Positions 1 through 8,430 of a stretch of DNA of 64,000 bases are shown piece after piece. Origin of the DNA: a virus. How positions within the stretch are numbered: the first letter of the stretch is position 1; the number at the start of each line of letters is the position of its first letter. The DNA lies in IMG/VR virus record IMGVR_UViG_2786546475_000019, positions 974 through 64,973 of that record. The stretch is one strand, 5' to 3'. Position numbers and translations under genes: made by a program. The notes under the pieces are model-generated. The model saw only the letters and a program-made list of their open reading frames with translations, was not told the origin of the DNA and made no database searches.

Positions 1-100
1 AAGGACCATGGACCAAGGACAAAATGATAAATCTGGAACTGGACCCCGGACCCGGACAGGCCGACCAAGGACCGTGGACCGTGGACCATGTTGACAGCAC
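1..100. repeat. Tandem GGACC heptad arrays (ggaccat ggaccaa; ggacccc ggacccg; ggaccgt ggaccgt ggaccat)
   Basis: Direct reading shows GGACCNN repeated in three short arrays at 3-20, 41-57 and 69-90. Confidence 0.7.
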
Positions 101-219
101 CTAACATGTTCGCCATCTTTGGTCGGCCTGTCCGCCCCAGCAAAAAGCCGGTTGATGTTTTGCCGCCCCAGGTGAAGGCCGGTTGTTGGGAGGTCGATCC
201 AGGTTATCATGTGGGTGTT

Positions 220-257
220 CAATTTTGCAACACCGACAAAAAAGTGTTGCAAAATTG
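220..257. repeat. Perfect 14-bp inverted repeat (caattttgcaacac / gtgttgcaaaattg) with a 10-nt spacer
   Basis: Seen directly in the sequence. Confidence 0.8.
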
Positions 258-360
258 AACACCCCCCTGAAAGTGGGGTGTGCGGTATCGCACACCCCCT
301 GAAAGTGGGGTGTGCGATACCGCACGTGCGGAACCGCACAGTGAGCGGTATCGCTCAGCT
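258..360. repeat. Two tandem ~33-bp units (acacccc-ctgaaagt-ggggtgt-gcggtatcgc), each forming a hairpin, followed by two short palindromes (gtgcggaaccgcac, gagcggtatcgctc)
   Basis: Direct repeat with internal stems. GCGGTATCGC occurs three times, once inverted. Confidence 0.7.
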
Positions 361-387
361 CAACTGCCCTATATTAGATACTTCGGT

Positions 388-404
388 GTAGTCAATTTGA
401 CTAC
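388..404. repeat. 17-bp palindrome gtagtcaatttgactac
   Basis: Seen directly. Confidence 0.7.
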
Positions 405-739
405 ATGATAGATCGGCGATTTTGCCTAAATCCAAGGCATCGCTGCCCACGGTATAGGCACAAGGATATTAGACGGTAAAAACCGACATATTGTGAGCTT
501 TCCAGATCGCTTTCCCGAAAACTAAGTGTCCAGTAACTATTTCAAAGTATTTTCACGCGGGGAAAACCGATGAATGGGAGCCGCAGACAGCGTGCCTAAA
601 ATTCAGGCAGGTATAATTGGGGCGTTCCAAGCGAACACGGGCAAGCCAAGCCAAATTCGGCACGCTTGTCAAGTTCCACGGGACTCGCTACACTGTATGC
701 TGTAGCGTTTGATCTTTGACAATTTGGTTTCTAGTTGGC

Positions 740-792
740 GGTTAAACTCGCTACGCGGTCCAAATATCGCGGACCACGTAGCGAGTTTAACC
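740..792 (+). promoter_or_regulatory. Long hairpin with a 16-bp outer stem (ggttaaactcgctacg / cgtagcgagtttaacc) and an inner GGTCC/GGACC stem, in the 5' region of ORF 856
   Basis: Perfect 16-bp inverted repeat seen directly. Confidence 0.6.
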
Positions 793-793
793 G

Positions 794-826
794 GGCTTGA
801 ACGGTGACAGGTTCAAGCCTATTTCA
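794..826 (+). terminator. GC-rich stem-loop (ggcttgaac-ggtgacag-gttcaagcc) followed by tatttcatt. This is a terminator-like or attenuator-like structure 30 bp upstream of ORF 856
   Basis: 9-bp perfect stem with a T-rich tail. Confidence 0.45.
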
Positions 827-855
827 TTAAATCCTTATTTGGAAGGAATACCACT

Positions 856-2217
856 ATGTCACAAGAATCTAAACTTACCTCTGTTTTGTCGCTGCATTTC
901 GATTTTGACGCGAAGTCTTTACTTTGCGGCATGAATCCCGGTTCAGATCGATACTTGACGCCAAACCCGGTTCAATCGCTAGTAGATAGCTTATTTGCTG
1001 GTTGGAATAGCCAGGAAAGCTTGAAAGCCATCACTAATGGCAATCTCGCTAAAATCGATCCGCGATTCACTAAAGCGGACGACGTAGCTAGTTTCGCTGC
1101 TAAACAGCGTCAAACTTTCCGTTCTGAATTCAGACCGGGGACAGACTTGTGGGCAGCTCTTTGCGGCAAGTCTGACAAGTTCATCGCCATTGGACCAGCA
1201 CCTGCAAAGGGGCAGCCTGATGAACGTTTAAAGATTCCCGTTGAATCGATCTACGCGGTCCTTAATCTTTGGTGCGGTACCAAAGCGAATGGCATGACCG
1301 TATCGGGCAACAGGCGTATGCTTGCGCTACTGTTTGTTCTGGCCCTTGAATATGCGGAAGCATTCGCGGAAGCATTAGGGGCAGGGAAAACGAACGAAGA
1401 CGCGGAAGCTGTTGCTAAAAAGACAGTGAAAGCTCATCGGATTCCCGTAGTATTCAAATCGTGGGACACGTTCCAAGATTTGACTAGCGAGCAAATTGCG
1501 GACAATGAACGGGTTCACCAGTCCAACTATACGGAATTGGATCAGGTACGTTTGGCCGTTAAGATCAAACGCGAAGACTGGGGACTGTCCAAGCGGGATA
1601 TCGCTCGACAGATTCCGGGTTTGCGGACCGTAGCCAAAAAGACTGGCGAACTACGCATTAACCAGCGTAGGGCGTCCAATGCAACGGATCGTGCCGATCT
1701 TGTCATCTATGCCGATGACGGGCTGGATATGAACGTCATGGACCGGTTGACCACGGACAACGTAGAAAGCTACGTTGAAGGTGGACCGATTCCAGTGAAA
1801 CGGATCGCTTTCGAACACGTTCCCTTCCTCATCGACGCTACCAAAGAGTACAGCAGTACCCACGCTGCTATTCTTAAAGCGGTTTACCCTGATGCTGTTT
1901 TCAGTGAAGGGGAGGCTATTGGCATCGATGCCGATTCTAAAGCTTTGGAACGCTATTTTCGGTATATTATCGAACATAGCGGTTCAGCGAAACAAGCTTT
2001 GACGATCAAGCAATTACGCGATGCGATCACAAAAATTCCGTCGTCCAAAGACGTGGAAGTATCGCTACGCAAGCTGTACGAAGTGATTGCCGCTGGCGAT
2101 CCAAACGCACTAGCGTTACCAGCTTTGAAAGCTTCAGCGTGGGCCACAATTGTGGATCGCGAAGCGGAAGCGGAAGCGGAAGCGGAAGCGGAAGCGGAAG
2201 CGGAATCCGCCAACTAG
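856..2217 (+). CDS. Hypothetical protein, 453 aa, C-terminal (EA)7 repeat
   Basis: Long ORF with an RBS (aaggaatacc) 8 nt upstream. No recognisable motifs. It is isolated between repeat-rich non-coding regions. Confidence 0.55.
   Translation: MSQESKLTSVLSLHFDFDAKSLLCGMNPGSDRYLTPNPVQSLVDSLFAGWNSQESLKAITNGNLAKIDPRFTKADDVASFAAKQRQTFRSEFRPGTDLWAALCGKSDKFIAIGPAPAKGQPDERLKIPVESIYAVLNLWCGTKANGMTVSGNRRMLALLFVLALEYAEAFAEALGAGKTNEDAEAVAKKTVKAHRIPVVFKSWDTFQDLTSEQIADNERVHQSNYTELDQVRLAVKIKREDWGLSKRDIARQIPGLRTVAKKTGELRINQRRASNATDRADLVIYADDGLDMNVMDRLTTDNVESYVEGGPIPVKRIAFEHVPFLIDATKEYSSTHAAILKAVYPDAVFSEGEAIGIDADSKALERYFRYIIEHSGSAKQALTIKQLRDAITKIPSSKDVEVSLRKLYEVIAAGDPNALALPALKASAWATIVDREAEAEAEAEAEAEAESAN
2150..2198 (+). 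repeat. (GAAGCG)x7 hexanucleotide tandem repeat encoding (EA)n at the C-terminus of ORF 856..2217
   Basis: Seen directly. Confidence 0.9.
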
Positions 2218-2267
2218 AAACCCTTAGCCGCGGACCGGTCCAATTTGGACCGGTCTATTTTTATGCC

Positions 2268-2334
2268 CTTGGAATATCAACTAGCTGCACGCAATATCAA
2301 ATAGCTGCACGCAATATCAACTAGCTGCACGCAA
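2268..2334. repeat. About 3.3 tandem copies of a 20-bp unit, (c/a)tagctgcacgcaatatcaa, i.e. iteron-like
   Basis: Direct reading. Copies start at 2281, 2301 and 2321, with a partial copy before. Confidence 0.8.
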
Positions 2335-2436
2335 ACCCGGTAGGGGTTTATCACAAGTCGTTGCACCCAGGAACAATACCGGGGTCCGTCGCCCTTAACG
2401 CGACGACACAAGCATGATATTTTGTGCCACGGTCCC

Positions 2437-2521
2437 CGGACCTAGCTACTCGGACCTAGCTACTCGGACCATGCACCCTGATCCACGGACCATGATCCAC
2501 GGACCACGGACCAAGCTACTT
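2437..2521. repeat. GGACC-rich repeat block: ggacctagctactc x2 and tccacggacc(a) x3
   Basis: Direct reading. Confidence 0.75.
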
Positions 2522-2565
2522 AGGCCAAAACACAATGATACTGGGGTAGGGGTTCAGAATCCGCC

Positions 2566-2577
2566 GGTCCGTGGACC
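2566..2577. promoter_or_regulatory. GGTCCGTGGACC 12-mer, identical to 50177-50188. Candidate protein-binding site
   Basis: Exact 12-mer recurrence. Related ggaccgtggacc occurs twice at 69-86. Confidence 0.5.
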
Positions 2578-2687
2578 AAAGAACTTCATTAACGTTTCCT
2601 CTGAAAATTATTTTCTGAATTTTTTCAGAATTAGGGGCAATCCGTCCTGCCCTCATTCGTATCTATAGGGAAGTCCACCTACTGATA

Positions 2688-3257
2688 ATGATAATGACAA
2701 GAAAACTTTATCCAGCATTACCTGATCACCCTGAGTACCGTTGCAAGTCCACGGCTCAAAACAAACATTGTACGTTTCTATCATGTGACGGACTTCGCAA
2801 ACTGAATCTGTACGACGATCCAAGGCAATCTGATAAATGTCCCAAGCACGCCGGACGACCACCAAGTAAACAAACAGCTTTGGCAAAGTACATGGACACC
2901 CATCCTCATGAGGTGGGTTATCATTTGCCGGACCAAGCACCAAAGGTGCATTCCCAATCCCGAAGTGTCGCCGAAGAACTTCACATTCTCCGCACACTTC
3001 TTCAAAACACCCTGAACCAATGCAATACGTCGCTCGACTTACTCGCTAACACTGAGCGAATGACAGTCTTAAGTGATAAGATTGCTAACTTGATAAAAAC
3101 TGACGTATTCCTCGAAGAAAAAACAAAGAACTCCTTGACGCGGGACCAAATCATGGCCGTGCTCTCGGAGATACAACAAGTGATAACTCGGCATTGTTCG
3201 CCGGAGCAGGTCGCACTGATCCGTCAAGACTTCCAAGAACTAACCATTCCTGACTAA
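2688..3257 (+). CDS. Hypothetical Cys/His-rich protein, possibly zinc-binding. First gene of the long + strand operon
   Basis: ORF of 189 aa. N-terminal CxxxxxxxxCxxxxC...CPKH pattern. Confidence 0.4.
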   Translation: MIMTRKLYPALPDHPEYRCKSTAQNKHCTFLSCDGLRKLNLYDDPRQSDKCPKHAGRPPSKQTALAKYMDTHPHEVGYHLPDQAPKVHSQSRSVAEELHILRTLLQNTLNQCNTSLDLLANTERMTVLSDKIANLIKTDVFLEEKTKNSLTRDQIMAVLSEIQQVITRHCSPEQVALIRQDFQELTIPD

Positions 3258-3268
3258 CCTCAGTTACT

Positions 3269-3574
3269 ATGCCAAGTCACATAAATCCAAATCGCATCAA
3301 ATCAGAGACGATGTTCGCCGGAGCACAGAACATCAACATTATCACTACGGAATCCAGCGTCACGCTCCGTGCTCCAGATGATACAACTCAATCGCTCACG
3401 CCAACCGGAACCCATCCAAATAAAGTAATCTCAGCAACCCTCGATCAAGCAGGTTTCTACACCGTAGACGGTCACATTGGAAAAGTCCTTGTGCTTGTTT
3501 CCACTTATGATGAAACCTACGGAGCTGCTTACAGAGGAACGGGACTCACCCCAGTAGTAGGCCAAGACGCCTAA
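3269..3574 (+). CDS. Hypothetical protein
   Basis: ORF of 101 aa in the operon context. Confidence 0.35.
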   Translation: MPSHINPNRIKSETMFAGAQNINIITTESSVTLRAPDDTTQSLTPTGTHPNKVISATLDQAGFYTVDGHIGKVLVLVSTYDETYGAAYRGTGLTPVVGQDA

Positions 3575-3585
3575 CCAAACAAACC

Positions 3586-5217
3586 ATGTCATACGCAGAC
3601 GAAACAACAGCAAAAGCAGCCGTAGCAAATGCCATTGGCAACGCAACAAGCGTCGATCCAGTGAGCAATACGGAACATGCTGACGTTCTTGATAATTTGA
3701 TCGAGAACATCTTCGCCGCTGATGGTATCACTGTGTATTTCGCCGAACCTCTGTCGGGACTTGGCGATGACGGCGACGTCACAATCTACGAAAACAAAAT
3801 CTACTCGAAAGCTGCCGGAACATGGTCCGAGGAACTTGAATTAACAAGCTGGACTTTCAATACTGCTGATCCTCCCACGTCCACGTCTCACACTTATGCA
3901 ATCTCGACAACCGGCCAATTATACGTAAACGTCGCCGGAACATGGACCTTGCAGCAGTTATCATTAGGCAAATACAAAGGTGCTCACTCAACCACCACAA
4001 AGTATTACGCCAATGATATTATCCTCTACTCAGGGGAATTGCAGTACGCTAACAGCACGCACAATCCTAAGACATATGACGCCGCAGACTGGACTTCGCT
4101 ACCTACTGCGTCATCAACCCACGTACTCCACGATGATATCTCAACACTTCCTTCCTCCCCGGACGGTTACACGCTTGAACTATATGACGGGATCGGCGAG
4201 GGGATGCTCTTTGAGCGGGTATCAAGTGCGTGGGTTTACCGAACACAGACAACAACTCCAGTTGTTGACCTAACCTCTGGCAACGCTTCAACGATTGCAG
4301 CATATTTGTCCGCTGGTCAAATATATCGGTACAATTTAACGACAGGCGAACCATACTACGTTGATAACGCCGGAGCACGGACCTCGCTTCCTCCAATCCA
4401 AACCGCCGTAACAGCCCTACCGTCAATTGTAGACGGTCCCGATCTATTGGTTTGGACCACGGACCCTGACGGGCATCGAGCGTACTTTAAAGGAGCTTCC
4501 GCGTACCAGAAGCTCCCACTTGTCCCAAGTATCCAAGAGTCCGATCAATCACTTTCGGAGAATCGGGAACTAGCGTACAACGCCCGAACACTATCATTCG
4601 ACGGTGACGGCACATTCCGCTTCGGAGACTTAAGCGACAACACCGACGGATATTATGCGGCCTTCAACTCCGGTGCGTTACAGTGGGCCAATGCTACACC
4701 GGAAACGAACCTCACGTCCATCACCCCTACCATTGTCAATTCGCAAAACCTAGCTCTGGTAAACGACGGCACTAGCAACAGTTTCACGTTGAAATACGCA
4801 GGAAGCCAAGATCAAGACTTTACGTTTCCAGCAGATCTTCCAGCTTTAGGTAATATTCTGGAAGTCACGGGCCTTGCAACAAGTTCCATTGTAGTAGGCT
4901 GGCGTAAGCCCGTAAAAGACTGGTTCACGCTAACCTCAGCCACCCCAACTGTGACAGTTGACGGCAATGATAGCAAACGCTTTAAACTTGACCCTGGGCA
5001 CACTCCAATTACAATTGCTTTCACTAATTGTGAGCAACATGATTTTGTTCTCCTCAAGATACGAGGTCACGCTACAAACTCAGTGTCAATGCCTGCCGGA
5101 GCAGACGGTGACGTTTTCTCTCTTAGTACGGATGATACAAAAGCAACTTTAGTCACAGCTATCATTGATGGTTCCGCCATCCATCTTGGCGTAATGAGGG
5201 ACGTATCATGGGCTTAG
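3586..5217 (+). CDS. Putative tail fibre or structural protein (543 aa, Thr/Ser/Asn-rich)
   Basis: Large ORF. The composition is typical of fibre proteins. It lies adjacent to a beta-helix protein. Confidence 0.4.
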   Translation: MSYADETTAKAAVANAIGNATSVDPVSNTEHADVLDNLIENIFAADGITVYFAEPLSGLGDDGDVTIYENKIYSKAAGTWSEELELTSWTFNTADPPTSTSHTYAISTTGQLYVNVAGTWTLQQLSLGKYKGAHSTTTKYYANDIILYSGELQYANSTHNPKTYDAADWTSLPTASSTHVLHDDISTLPSSPDGYTLELYDGIGEGMLFERVSSAWVYRTQTTTPVVDLTSGNASTIAAYLSAGQIYRYNLTTGEPYYVDNAGARTSLPPIQTAVTALPSIVDGPDLLVWTTDPDGHRAYFKGASAYQKLPLVPSIQESDQSLSENRELAYNARTLSFDGDGTFRFGDLSDNTDGYYAAFNSGALQWANATPETNLTSITPTIVNSQNLALVNDGTSNSFTLKYAGSQDQDFTFPADLPALGNILEVTGLATSSIVVGWRKPVKDWFTLTSATPTVTVDGNDSKRFKLDPGHTPITIAFTNCEQHDFVLLKIRGHATNSVSMPAGADGDVFSLSTDDTKATLVTAIIDGSAIHLGVMRDVSWA

Positions 5218-7058
5218 GATTAGGATTAAACATGGGCTTGTTTCCTTTACCATCGGTTAAAGCAACATTGGACAACCGTCCTTTGTTCACGTCGCTTGCA
5301 TTTTTGCAATGGCGTCGCGATATAGTAACTGCAAAAGAACGCCCCACGTATTGGATCCCTCAAACAGAGTATTACGTCAGTGAATCGACCGGTAACGACG
5401 CTAACGCTGGAACAGAAGTCGCCCCTTGGCAAACACTTGAAAAAGCTCAACAAGTTCTTGACGCTTTGTCTGATGAATCGTATACCGTTATACGGCTCAA
5501 ACGTGGTGATACTTGGGAAGAAGAAGGAACTGTTTTAGCGGTAGACGGAAACTCGTGCTTACTGCGACTGACAAAGACGTTCAGCGGGATCAGTTCTTAC
5601 GGGTCCGGTGACCTGCCGTTTATCAATCAATTTGCTACCAAATACACGTCGGGTTGGACTGTTCACAGTGGGAACGTCTACGTCCGATCGGAAGCCAATG
5701 ATATTGTTAGCGTTCGGCTAACAACTGATCGCCTTGTACCTTTTTACGACGCCACAGACGCTACAGATTGTGCTACCGATATTGCTGACACAAACGGCTC
5801 ATATTTTTATGATGCGACTGGCAACAACTTATATGTCAACCTTGGCGGTACTGATCCGAATACAGTAACGATTGAAGCTGCAATTTCTAATGATGACACA
5901 GTTGAAGCGGTAGCACATGGTTGTTTCATCGAGAACATTCGGCTCGACGGCACGTTAAAAAGAACAACAAGGGACGAGCAGGCGGGTATCCGTTTAAATA
6001 TCAATGGCAGTGAAGTCGCAAGAATCGAGAACTGTGAAGCGTATTATGGTTCGTCTCACCTGATACACCAGAACGGTTTAACCGGGACTGGCGGCATCGG
6101 TATTATCAAGAATTGCAAAGCTGGCTATTCGCTCTGGAATACTGGCGGAAACACGATTTTCAATTCATACACATTAGGCGGCGATCAAGAGACTTATGTC
6201 CAAGACTGCGAGGTTCCTTATGGAACATTACCAGGTCACGAGTGGACGTCGACTAACTCAGCACACGATGCTTTAGATGGTTCAGCGTTTTATTGTCATG
6301 CTGGTGGCGGGGCAAACACTGGGTTTATCCTCGTCGATGGGATGAAGTGCGACCATGATAACGCTTGGGGTCCGCAAGAAGGGTCTTACAATGGTAGTGC
6401 TCCAGCAGCAGCAACAATCGAAGACGCCAAGGTAGTTGTCTTCGGAGAGGTCGTAGATAACAGCCGACTTGGGTTGCGATGTTTCCGATTATCACCTGCG
6501 AACGGAGTTGGAATTTGCAACACGTACACAGGAGGCTACGGCACCGATAGAAATTACCGAGCACTTTCAGCAACAAACCAAAGCGGCTTTATGTTTAATT
6601 GTCGCTTCGACGTTTCTCTCCCTGCTGGACTATTTAACGCTCACGGATTCTGGAACGGTTCTGGAACGTCAAATGTAAGCTGGTTCTTTAACCGTTTTAT
6701 CCAACGAGCTTCTCACGGATCGCATGATCTTGCGTTTAATTATGACTCCGTTTCTACATGGCCTGACAGCACGCTTTACAACAACGTTATCGCTCGCGTT
6801 GGAACCTATGATAACTCGGTCGCTATGTATAACGGCACTCCCGATTCCAACAACAATGCTCTGTATCAATTCAAAGGGGCGAACGCAGGAGCAAACTCAA
6901 TTGACATTACAACCGAGGCCGAAGCGGTTCAAGACACAGCAAATGTTGATACTTACGGTACATGGGAAGCTGCAAATACAGCAATCGGAGTTGTGCCTGA
7001 GTACGACAGGCTTCTGAACCCGCGAACAGCAACAACAAGCATTGGAGATTTGGCGTAA
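5208..7058 (+). CDS. Putative right-handed beta-helix (pectate-lyase-fold) tailspike/depolymerase-like protein
   Basis: 616 aa. The N-terminal ESTGNDANAGT...PWQTLEKA region, many G-x-N/D/T repeats and low-complexity Asn/Gly-rich segments suggest beta-helix. Confidence 0.45.
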   Translation: MGLGLGLNMGLFPLPSVKATLDNRPLFTSLAFLQWRRDIVTAKERPTYWIPQTEYYVSESTGNDANAGTEVAPWQTLEKAQQVLDALSDESYTVIRLKRGDTWEEEGTVLAVDGNSCLLRLTKTFSGISSYGSGDLPFINQFATKYTSGWTVHSGNVYVRSEANDIVSVRLTTDRLVPFYDATDATDCATDIADTNGSYFYDATGNNLYVNLGGTDPNTVTIEAAISNDDTVEAVAHGCFIENIRLDGTLKRTTRDEQAGIRLNINGSEVARIENCEAYYGSSHLIHQNGLTGTGGIGIIKNCKAGYSLWNTGGNTIFNSYTLGGDQETYVQDCEVPYGTLPGHEWTSTNSAHDALDGSAFYCHAGGGANTGFILVDGMKCDHDNAWGPQEGSYNGSAPAAATIEDAKVVVFGEVVDNSRLGLRCFRLSPANGVGICNTYTGGYGTDRNYRALSATNQSGFMFNCRFDVSLPAGLFNAHGFWNGSGTSNVSWFFNRFIQRASHGSHDLAFNYDSVSTWPDSTLYNNVIARVGTYDNSVAMYNGTPDSNNNALYQFKGANAGANSIDITTEAEAVQDTANVDTYGTWEAANTAIGVVPEYDRLLNPRTATTSIGDLA

Positions 7059-7309
7059 TGCTACTAAACATAACTGATAAACACGGTGTCACTGTGGGTG
7101 TTGTTGAAGCAGACACCTTGGAGAAAGCTTCCAAGCTCGCAAGAGATCACGTCACCAAGTTGGTAGATCCTCCTGCTCCTGACGGCACTCCAGGCATGAA
7201 GTACCCTAAGACTGAAAGCTCTGATTTGTTCATCGCATTCTTCCGAGAAGAAACTGATAAGCGACCAATATTGAAATTCAAATTCAAGCCACTTGATGTG
7301 ATCAAGTAG
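7058..7309 (+). CDS. Hypothetical protein
   Basis: ORF of 83 aa, start coupled to the upstream stop. Confidence 0.35.
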   Translation: MLLNITDKHGVTVGVVEADTLEKASKLARDHVTKLVDPPAPDGTPGMKYPKTESSDLFIAFFREETDKRPILKFKFKPLDVIK

Positions 7310-7320
7310 TTAATAGACCA

Positions 7321-8034
7321 ATGAAAGAAATTTTAGATTCACTATCACTAATCGGGCTGTTTGTGCTATCCATCGTAACGATCATGCATTTCGTACAGCT
7401 TGACAATCGAGGCGAGTGGATGCGACAAGTGCAAGAAAATTTTGACTACGGACAGCGATGCAGCTTGCACGATTTGAAGCAAACCATCAAAGCAAACAAT
7501 TTAATAGAGCCTGATTTTGCACCGCGTCCTCCAGTCCCTGAACCGTTTTGGCGAGAAACTACAACGTCTGCAAAATCAGACACCTGCCCACATTGTAATG
7601 TACCAATGAGATTTTTTGATTGTGTTGGAACCGTTCGGGCGTGGCGTATTATCATCGCACATTCTCTGATCAGTGCGATGTATCTGGGTATTGCGTTTTT
7701 CCGTTTTCTTCCGGCTGGAATGGAAGCACGAACGCAAACGGAACGAGTTGTTTGGTATTCGCTCGCGTTTATCTTCCCGTTTTGCTGGGCTGCGGGATAC
7801 GGGACGACGATACTCGCCGGCTGGTTTCCTGCTTTGGCGTACTTTTTGAAAGAATCAGCGTGCTACGTTGACGCTGCATTTTGTGTTACTTTTCTATGGT
7901 CGACGCGAAATCAAAATTTGGTTTCGGTTACTGTTGATAGTTTTCGAGACGAAATTGAAGACATTGTCAACAACGAAGACTCTGACTTATCTCACGGCGA
8001 CCGCATTCAGCAGATTCGAGACTCTTTGCAATGA
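7321..8034 (+). CDS. Multi-pass membrane protein with a CPHC...C zinc-ribbon-like loop
   Basis: 4-5 hydrophobic helices visible (LSLIGLFVLSIVTIM, IIIAHSLISAMYLGIAFF, VVWYSLAFIFPFCWAAGYGTTILAGWF, etc.). Confidence 0.5.
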   Translation: MKEILDSLSLIGLFVLSIVTIMHFVQLDNRGEWMRQVQENFDYGQRCSLHDLKQTIKANNLIEPDFAPRPPVPEPFWRETTTSAKSDTCPHCNVPMRFFDCVGTVRAWRIIIAHSLISAMYLGIAFFRFLPAGMEARTQTERVVWYSLAFIFPFCWAAGYGTTILAGWFPALAYFLKESACYVDAAFCVTFLWSTRNQNLVSVTVDSFRDEIEDIVNNEDSDLSHGDRIQQIRDSLQ

Positions 8035-8408
8035 ATATCTGGCTCTTGATGCAAGAATCGACAGCCCCTGGAATGCCTGCATGGGTGGGGTTCGTCACTG
8101 GTACGGGAGGTGGTCTAGTGATGGCAATTTTCGGACTGATTGCGTTGTGGAAGCGAATGATCTTCAAGGAAACACAGTACGAAAAACGGCTCGAAACGAA
8201 AGACAAAGAAGTCAATCAAATCGGGCGAGAGTTCGTTGAACTATCGATAAAGATGTTGGAACGGGACGAAAAAAACCGGGAAAACGATAAGGCAATCCGC
8301 GATGGTTTCGACAGACTAATTGAGCACGTTAAAACCGACTCACTTAAAATGGAGAATTGGCGGAAAGAGGTGGATCGAATATTGGCACAGCTGGTACCCC
8401 GTAAGTAA
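8031..8408 (+). CDS. N-terminally membrane-anchored coiled-coil protein (i-spanin-like architecture)
   Basis: TM segment WVGFVTGTGGGLVMAIFGLIALW, then a charged heptad-like region. Confidence 0.4.
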   Translation: MNIWLLMQESTAPGMPAWVGFVTGTGGGLVMAIFGLIALWKRMIFKETQYEKRLETKDKEVNQIGREFVELSIKMLERDEKNRENDKAIRDGFDRLIEHVKTDSLKMENWRKEVDRILAQLVPRK

Positions 8409-8430
8409 AACGCAAAACAAAAGAGAACAA

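Noticed and set aside
101-391. ORF-track ORFs 101..325 (-) and 209..391 (+)
   Set aside because: They run through the hairpin and tandem-repeat region, have no RBS, and their translations are low-complexity. They are most likely non-coding.
2268-2521. Possible CRISPR array, given the regular short direct repeats
   Set aside because: The repeats are contiguous tandem units of 20 bp and 14 bp with no intervening unique spacers, and no cas genes are nearby. They are iteron-like instead.
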